The position numbers and the translations under genes are program-made. Positions 57,886-64,000 of a stretch of DNA of 64,000 nt are shown piece after piece. The stretch is from positions 1,184,001-1,248,000 of the forward strand of contig OY759746.1 in the NCBI GenBank assembly GCA_963662795.1, written 5' to 3'. This stretch comes from Spirochaetia bacterium (lineage in GTDB: Bacteria; Spirochaetota; Spirochaetia; CADAEX01). The notes beneath the pieces are model-generated. The model ran no database searches. It was not told where the DNA came from and saw only the letters and a list, made by a program, of their open reading frames with translations. Position 1 is the stretch's first letter; the number at the start of each line of letters is the position of its first letter.

Positions 57886-59391
57886 ATGGAAAGTATAACT
57901 CTTTTATTACAGGGATTTTCAGTAGCTCTCCAGCCGATGAATATCATGTGGGTCACAATCGGAGGTATTCTTGGAACAGTTATTGGAATGCTTCCAGGTC
58001 TTGGACCTGCAACCGGTGTGGCAGTCCTTCTTCCGCTTACATTTACAATGGGTCCTGTTGCGGCCCTGATTACAATGGGCGGTGTTTATTACGGAGCCAT
58101 GTACGGAGGATCCCGTGCCTCCATCCTTATTAACACACCCGGAGACGGCGCAGCGCTTGCCGCGACTTTTGACGGATACCCGATGACTCTTCAGGGCAGG
58201 GCAGAACAGGCGCTCGCGATTTCAGCCATTGCCTCATTTATCGGAGGTGTTCTCGCGACAATAGTTATGGTATTTGTATCAATGCCTGTCGCACGCTTTG
58301 CCGTAAAGTTCGGACCGGCTGAGTACTTCCTGCTCTTCGTTTTTGCACTGGCAGCTACAGCTTCCATGACTGAGGGGAACAGAATAAAGGGATTTATATC
58401 AATGATACTCGGTCTTATGATAGCCACGATCGGAATTGACGCACAGTCAGGTGTACAGAGATTTACTTTCGGCGTGCTTGAGCTTCAGGGAGGAATCGAT
58501 TTCCTTGTAATCATTATTGCAATATTCGCTCTGGGAGAAGTTTTTAAAAGCTTTAAAAACATAGCAGAGGGAAAGAAAAAAATGCAGACGAGTTTCGGAA
58601 AAATATGGATAAGCATGGCAGAATGGAAGCGCTGTATATGGCCGATCCTGCGAAGTTCCCCTATAGGATTTTTCGTAGGAGCACTCCCGGGAGCCGGCGG
58701 AACCATGGCTTCGCTGATGGCATACAACAACGAAAAACAGCTATCCGGAAATCCCAAAGAATTCGGAGAAGGCGCAATTGAGGGCGTGGCATCACCTGAA
58801 GCGGCAAATAACGCAGCATCTGTCGGGGCCATGATCCCGATGCTTACTCTCGGAATTCCGGGGTCCGGCACAACAGCTGTTATGATGGGAGCGCTGCTCA
58901 TGCTCGGTCTTCAGCCGGGTCCGCTCCTTTTCAGTCAGCAGCCGCTGATAATCTGGGGTCTTATCGCCAGCATGTTTATTGGAAATATTATACTTGCTGT
59001 AGTAAATATTCCCCTTGCCGGACTGCTTGTCCGTGTTCTTTCGGTCCCTCCCAAGATTCTCTACCCGATAGTTCTGGGGCTTTCTTTTGTCGGCGCATAT
59101 GCAATCAGCAACAGCGTTATGGATTTTTATCTGCTTATTGTTTTCGGCCTGCTTGGGTTTATCATGAGCATCGCAGGAATACCGGCCTCTCCCCTGATAC
59201 TTGCTGTAATAGTCGGAAACAACATGGAACAGTCCTTCAGACGGGCTTACAAGATTTCAAACGGAGAATTATCAATATTTGTAAAATCACCGATAAGCAT
59301 AACTTTGATAATTCTGACACTGATTTCAATCCTTTACCCGATTATAAAAGCTTATATTGTAACCAAAAAGAAAAAATTGAAAACCGCATAG
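57886..59391 (+). CDS. tctA: tripartite tricarboxylate transporter large permease
   Basis: GMLPGLG, YYGAMYGGS, DGYPM, PEAANNA, TLGIPGS. Confidence 0.95.
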   Translation: MESITLLLQGFSVALQPMNIMWVTIGGILGTVIGMLPGLGPATGVAVLLPLTFTMGPVAALITMGGVYYGAMYGGSRASILINTPGDGAALAATFDGYPMTLQGRAEQALAISAIASFIGGVLATIVMVFVSMPVARFAVKFGPAEYFLLFVFALAATASMTEGNRIKGFISMILGLMIATIGIDAQSGVQRFTFGVLELQGGIDFLVIIIAIFALGEVFKSFKNIAEGKKKMQTSFGKIWISMAEWKRCIWPILRSSPIGFFVGALPGAGGTMASLMAYNNEKQLSGNPKEFGEGAIEGVASPEAANNAASVGAMIPMLTLGIPGSGTTAVMMGALLMLGLQPGPLLFSQQPLIIWGLIASMFIGNIILAVVNIPLAGLLVRVLSVPPKILYPIVLGLSFVGAYAISNSVMDFYLLIVFGLLGFIMSIAGIPASPLILAVIVGNNMEQSFRRAYKISNGELSIFVKSPISITLIILTLISILYPIIKAYIVTKKKKLKTA

Positions 59392-59400
59392 GAATCAGGA

Positions 59401-59431
59401 AGTGCCCTGTACTTTTACAGGGCATTTTTTT
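59401..59431 (+). terminator. intrinsic terminator between tctA and citXG
   Basis: AGTGCCCTGTA-cttt-TACAGGGCATT followed by a T tract. Confidence 0.75.
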
Positions 59432-59454
59432 ATAGTTCTGAAGGAGGATTTTAA

Positions 59455-60879
59455 ATGCCGGATTGTATTTCTGTTGAGGAAATAGGAAAAGCAAGGGAAG
59501 AACGCTCGAAAAAAATAAAATCAATATTATCATCTGATGAAAACATACTGGCAATTCTTTATACCCTCAATATTCCAGGCAGAATCAAGGACACCCCGCT
59601 TTACAGAAAAATGCACAAGGCAGGAACTTCAGAAATTATTAAATGTCTTAAATGGAATAAAATCAGGTTTTCCATTATCAAAACTGCCCATCTGTTTACA
59701 GGGTCTGAAACGTTCTTCGCAATTCACTCTACAGGCGGAAACGGCAGAGTGGATCCGGTTGCTGTAAAAAAAATAACAGCGGCGATTGAAGAGACCCACC
59801 CTCTGGGGAGATTTTTTGATATAGATGTTTTTGAAAAACCTCACAATAAGGTTTCATCAGGCAGGGGCCTGAGAAAATGTTTCTTATGCGGCAGGGATGC
59901 ATTCATCTGTTCAAGAAGCGCTTCTCACCCTGTTGAGCAGCTCATAGAAACAGTAAGGCAGAAAGGGGAAGATTGGTACAGGGAATATATTTCATGGAAA
60001 ATTGCGGAGATTGCATGTAAATCCCTCCTGACTGAAGCCGCTTCCACGCCTAAACCAGGACTTGTCGATATGTCAGGCAGCGGCTCCCATACTGATATGG
60101 ATTTTTATACATTTATAAAAAGTTCCGCATCGCTCTATAAAACTTTTTTTAAAATCGCGCAGACTGGATATGATTATTCAGACAGGACTCTCCCCGAAAT
60201 GCTCCCCTCTCTTCAGATAATCGGAATCGCAGGTGAAAAAGAGATGTATGAGGCAACAGACGGTGTTAACACCCATAAAGGACTGATTTATTCAATGGGA
60301 CTGCTTTCCGCCGCATCCGGTTATCTCTGCGCAAAACACAAAGAGAAAATAACTGCGGAAAAAATATGTTCTTCAGCAGGTGTCATTATTGCAGGTCATA
60401 CAGCAGATTATCTTGCTGAATTGGGGAAAAAAGGGGAAGGGACAAATCCTACAGCAGGAGAAAAATTATTTATCAGGCATGGAATAAAAGGGGCCCGGGG
60501 GGAAGCCGCAGGCGGATTTAAATCCGCCTTAAAAGCCTTAAGGCGTCTGGAAGCAAATCTTGCAGATGGAAAGGATTTCAACCTCTCTCTGCTGGATACA
60601 CTGATGCATATCATGGAAGACGCACAGGATACCAATATTCCGGGGAGAAAGGATATTTCGTACCTGAGGTTTATAAACAGGGAAGCCGAAAAATTCAACA
60701 AAGAGGGGGGAGTATTCTCGGCAAACGGATTTGACGGTCCGGCTGCCCTTAAAGAGCTGGATAGATTATTTATCGAAAAAAATTTAAGCCCCGGAGGATG
60801 TGCCGATATTCTTGCATTGTCAATTTTTCTATATTATATTGAGCGCGATCTGGATCCGGTCATTTCTTCAGATTATTGA
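59455..60879 (+). CDS. citXG: fused CitX (holo-ACP synthase) and CitG (triphosphoribosyl-dephospho-CoA synthase)
   Basis: CitX motifs LNIPG.IK, GRFFDIDV, RKCFLC; CitG motifs TPKPGLVD, NTHKG, GARGEA, LSPGGCAD. Confidence 0.92.
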   Translation: MPDCISVEEIGKAREERSKKIKSILSSDENILAILYTLNIPGRIKDTPLYRKMHKAGTSEIIKCLKWNKIRFSIIKTAHLFTGSETFFAIHSTGGNGRVDPVAVKKITAAIEETHPLGRFFDIDVFEKPHNKVSSGRGLRKCFLCGRDAFICSRSASHPVEQLIETVRQKGEDWYREYISWKIAEIACKSLLTEAASTPKPGLVDMSGSGSHTDMDFYTFIKSSASLYKTFFKIAQTGYDYSDRTLPEMLPSLQIIGIAGEKEMYEATDGVNTHKGLIYSMGLLSAASGYLCAKHKEKITAEKICSSAGVIIAGHTADYLAELGKKGEGTNPTAGEKLFIRHGIKGARGEAAGGFKSALKALRRLEANLADGKDFNLSLLDTLMHIMEDAQDTNIPGRKDISYLRFINREAEKFNKEGGVFSANGFDGPAALKELDRLFIEKNLSPGGCADILALSIFLYYIERDLDPVISSDY

Positions 60880-61811
60880 AGCGGCGGTGTACTGATACTG
60901 CCGGTGAGGTCCCTTACCGCAGCATAGCGGTCTGCCCATTGAAACATAATATCAATAAAACTTTTCAGATTTTCTGAAAAATATTTATCCTTATGGTAAA
61001 TCATGTAAAACTTTCTGCTTAAAAGGGAATCATCAATGTGCAGGGCGACAAGATCACCGGAAAGCACTTCTTTTTCAACAACCTTCCTGGATATTAAAGC
61101 ATAACCCGCATTGTGACGAACCATATTTTTTACCGCTTCGCTGTCAGAAATTGTACAGACTGTTCTAAAGCTGATTCTGTTCCTTCTCATGAAATGCTCG
61201 ATAGTATCCATAGTTCCGCTCCCTTTTTCAAAAAAGACCATCGGCAGCCGGTCAAGCTCTGCCGGTTCGACCTTTGCCTTTTTTGCCAGCGGAGTTTCGG
61301 GAGAAGCAATCAGCACAAATTTTTCATTGAATATTTCACGTGATACAATTTTTGTATTCCTTACCCTGTGTGATACTATGCCGAAATCATTTTCGAATTT
61401 GCTTGTTGCCTGTATTACGCTTTCATTCGGCATCGCAAAAACTGAAATCTTTATTTCAGGGAATTTCCTTATAAACTCAGGCATAAAATCTGGTAGATAA
61501 TAGGAGCTGAAGCTGTTAATCGTATCAATTACAATATTACCCCTCTTCTGCCTCTTGTAATCGCTTATGCTCTCTTCTATTTTTTCCTCTGTTTCAAATA
61601 TACTTTCGGCCATTGTGTTAAGCATTTTACCGGCATCGGTAAGGACAAATGATTTCCCTGTCTTATTGATAAGAATCAGGCCTGTTTTTTCCTGGAGATC
61701 CTGGACCTGCCTTGTAACAGAAGGTTGTGTTATATTGAGATATTCCGCTGCGCGGGTAAAACTCTGGTATTTCGCTGTATAATAAAATGATTTCAGATTA
61801 TCGAGATTCAT
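60873..61811 (-). CDS. LysR family transcriptional regulator
   Basis: SFTRAAEYLNITQPSVTRQVQDL, LTDAG, EKGSGT. Confidence 0.95.
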   Translation of the reverse strand: MNLDNLKSFYYTAKYQSFTRAAEYLNITQPSVTRQVQDLQEKTGLILINKTGKSFVLTDAGKMLNTMAESIFETEEKIEESISDYKRQKRGNIVIDTINSFSSYYLPDFMPEFIRKFPEIKISVFAMPNESVIQATSKFENDFGIVSHRVRNTKIVSREIFNEKFVLIASPETPLAKKAKVEPAELDRLPMVFFEKGSGTMDTIEHFMRRNRISFRTVCTISDSEAVKNMVRHNAGYALISRKVVEKEVLSGDLVALHIDDSLLSRKFYMIYHKDKYFSENLKSFIDIMFQWADRYAAVRDLTGSISTPPLQ

Positions 61812-61817
61812 ATAAAT

Positions 61818-61826
61818 ATTTTATCA
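61818..61826 (-). promoter_or_regulatory. extended -10 promoter of the LysR gene (probably leaderless)
   Basis: TGATAAAAT 6 nt before ATG 61811. Confidence 0.55.
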
Positions 61827-61950
61827 TAAAATTTTTGTTATTTCATCACCGGCAGAATATTTTTATAAGAAAAATGCTTTTCTTGACAAATAAAATTTTG
61901 TGCTATACCCTGATAAAGTCCTGAAAATTTTTTACATAACCGTGAGCCAA

Positions 61951-62346
61951 ATGAAAAAAACAGTTTTAATACTAGTAGTTGATGATTCGCGCATAATGCG
62001 GAATATATTAAAAAACTCGTTTGATGAAAAGGAACCCTGGGGAGAAACATTATTCATGGATGCTCCTGACGGAGAAGCCGCGCTTGAAATCCTGAACAGT
62101 CAGCCTATAGATATCCTTCTCCTGGACTGGAACATGCCGAAACTTGACGGACTTTCTCTGCTTAAAAAAGTAAGGCAGATGGAGCAGTATAAAAAACTTC
62201 CAACAATCATGATTACTTCGGAAGCTGCAAAATATAATGTAATTGAAGCCCTTAAGGCAGGGGTAAGCGACTATATCATTAAACCGGCATCACGAAAAAT
62301 TTTAAGGGACAAAGTAAAAGGGTTTCTTATGAAACAGATAGGATAA
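61951..62346 (+). CDS. cheY: single-domain CheY-like response regulator
   Basis: VVDDSRIMR, LLDWNMP, MITSE, YIIKP. Confidence 0.85.
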   Translation: MKKTVLILVVDDSRIMRNILKNSFDEKEPWGETLFMDAPDGEAALEILNSQPIDILLLDWNMPKLDGLSLLKKVRQMEQYKKLPTIMITSEAAKYNVIEALKAGVSDYIIKPASRKILRDKVKGFLMKQIG

Positions 62347-62385
62347 CCTGCCTTATTTCATATTTATAAAAGATAGAGAGAAAAC

Positions 62386-62871
62386 ATGAAAAAAGAATAC
62401 ATAATGCCTTTTGTAGAGGCAACACAGACTGTGTTTCAGGATTTTTTCGGAATTGTTCCTGAACTTGATACCCCATATCTTGTTACCAAAGAAGAAACGC
62501 TGAACTGGGACATCTCCGGGATAATCGGGATAGCCGGAGAGTCGCGTGGAGTAGTTGTCGTCAGCATCAACGCCCAGGTTGCCATGGCTCTTACAAGCAG
62601 GCTCGTAGGAAAACCAATTACATCGCTTGACAATGATGTAATTGATACAATCGGGGAAGTTACAAACATTATTGCCGGAAATGCAAAAAAAGGGTTTGAA
62701 GACTGCAGGCTGAAAATATCCCTCCCTTCGATTATTAAAGGAAGGGAACATGAAATTTTCTGGCCAAAACAGGATATCCCCATCATCAGCATTCCTTTTA
62801 CAATACCTGAAGGTAAAATAATGCTTTTTGTAGGACTTGAAAAAAAGATTACAAGCGATATGTTCTCATAA
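62386..62871 (+). CDS. cheX: chemotaxis phosphatase CheX
   Basis: YIMPF, ISGIIG, GEVTNIIAGN (ExxN), ISLPSII.G. Confidence 0.92.
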   Translation: MKKEYIMPFVEATQTVFQDFFGIVPELDTPYLVTKEETLNWDISGIIGIAGESRGVVVVSINAQVAMALTSRLVGKPITSLDNDVIDTIGEVTNIIAGNAKKGFEDCRLKISLPSIIKGREHEIFWPKQDIPIISIPFTIPEGKIMLFVGLEKKITSDMFS

Positions 62872-62883
62872 TAAGGAGATGAA

Positions 62884-64000
62884 ATGAGTTTAAGAGCCAA
62901 GTTTATTACACTTCTTTTAATATTGAACGGTATTCTTGTTCTTTTCAGTTATTCGCTTTTTATAAATTTCAATACCAATAAAAAAATCAAAAATGAAATC
63001 GCGATAATTGATAATGTAAAGACGGCTCTATACGAAGAATTGATTGCTGTAAAAAGTTTCTACACATCACCTCTTACAGAACAGATAAAAACACTCAATA
63101 CAGTTGAAAAAAATCTTGATCTTGCAATTTCGGATTTACTTAGTGTCGATTTCCTTACAAACCGGAGTTATGTAATCAGGGACGCAATTGAGACAATTAT
63201 ATCAACCAGATACGCCTCGCTGTACAATATGCCGGTAATGTGGGACCTGGCTGATAAGATTTTAAACGATACTGCAAAAACCAATACATCATGGGCAGCT
63301 CTTGAAGTCATAAAAAACACTGCAAAAACTAACGGAATCGAACAGCTTCAGACACGTATTGAAAACCTTGAAATTGTAATTAACTCACTTGAGCAGAACA
63401 TATCATCTTCTCTTGCAAGCTTTGCCCAGCAGTACCAGGTAATAGCTGCAGAAAGGAGTGATATTGAAAGAACCGGTATATTGACATTTATAATTATGTT
63501 TTCAAGTATTGCACTTTTATCAGTTGCAGCCGGTGTGCTTATTATTAAATCAATAATTGATGTAACCTCCAATCTGGAAAGAGCACATAAAGAGACTGAT
63601 GCTATATTCAGAAATATCCATGAAGGTGTGTTTCAGCTTGATCATGATCTTAAAATCGGGAACCTGTGTTCAAAATATTTTGATGATCTTTTCCATTTTA
63701 TTGATTTCAGGGGAATGCTTTTTTCGGAATTCCTGAAACAAATTGGAATTCCGGGGAAAGATCTGTTTATTACCGAAGATTTTCTGAAGCTGTTTTTTAA
63801 TAAGGATATTAATATAAATCTGCTTGGACAGGTGAATCCGATTGACAGAGTAACAATTTCCGTAATTGACGATAACGGAAACGCCAGCGAAAAACATTTA
63901 AGCTTCTCCTTTTCCATGTTTAAAAATGTCAGCGACAGTATGTATATACTCGGAACTGTAAAGGATATAACCGAAGAAGTTCTGTATGCCGAAGCGCTCA
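62884..64000 (+). CDS. membrane-anchored sensor protein (2 TM + PAS-like), probable CheA-like kinase, 3' truncated; absent from the ORF track
   Basis: AAGGAG SD, ATG 62884, frame open to the window end: MSLRAKFITLLLIL..., second TM, ETDAIFRNIHEGVFQLD, NPIDRV, GTVKDITEEV. Confidence 0.75.
   Translation, partial: MSLRAKFITLLLILNGILVLFSYSLFINFNTNKKIKNEIAIIDNVKTALYEELIAVKSFYTSPLTEQIKTLNTVEKNLDLAISDLLSVDFLTNRSYVIRDAIETIISTRYASLYNMPVMWDLADKILNDTAKTNTSWAALEVIKNTAKTNGIEQLQTRIENLEIVINSLEQNISSSLASFAQQYQVIAAERSDIERTGILTFIIMFSSIALLSVAAGVLIIKSIIDVTSNLERAHKETDAIFRNIHEGVFQLDHDLKIGNLCSKYFDDLFHFIDFRGMLFSEFLKQIGIPGKDLFITEDFLKLFFNKDININLLGQVNPIDRVTISVIDDNGNASEKHLSFSFSMFKNVSDSMYILGTVKDITEEVLYAEAL

Noticed and set aside
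463-63917. Many 60-230-aa ORFs antisense to or overlapping the called genes (e.g. 9764-10465, 44518-45072, 63348-63917)
   Set aside because: Shadow ORFs of well-supported genes, without SD sequences or recognisable motifs.

Overview
64 kb of chromosomal DNA from a spirochaete (class Spirochaetia). The assignment is inferred from the archaeal-type PheRS, an EF-G1 of the spirochaete/mitochondrial type outside the str operon, fused IspDF, CarD, CheX and a long thymidine kinase. It holds about 50 densely packed CDSs: translation and housekeeping genes (leuS, pheST, fusA, rlmKL, ispDF, thrH, tdk), several signalling genes, an AfuABC-like ABC importer with RpiR and a HAD hydrolase, and a complete citrate lyase cluster (citCDEF-tctCBA-citXG). 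I saw no rRNA, tRNA, CRISPR array, prophage or transposase. Main leads: (1) a cNMP-binding domain fused to a nucleoside phosphorylase/nucleosidase fold, in one gene run with a DUF355 adenosine-binding protein and a phosphorelay, and close to a class III cyclase with an atypical specificity residue; (2) two diverged copies of a ~155-bp structured MITE-like element with terminal inverted repeats, copy-specific 4-bp flanking duplications and compensatory base changes; (3) several probably leaderless genes and one probable ATT start codon. All family calls come from motif recognition by eye; no database searches were run.
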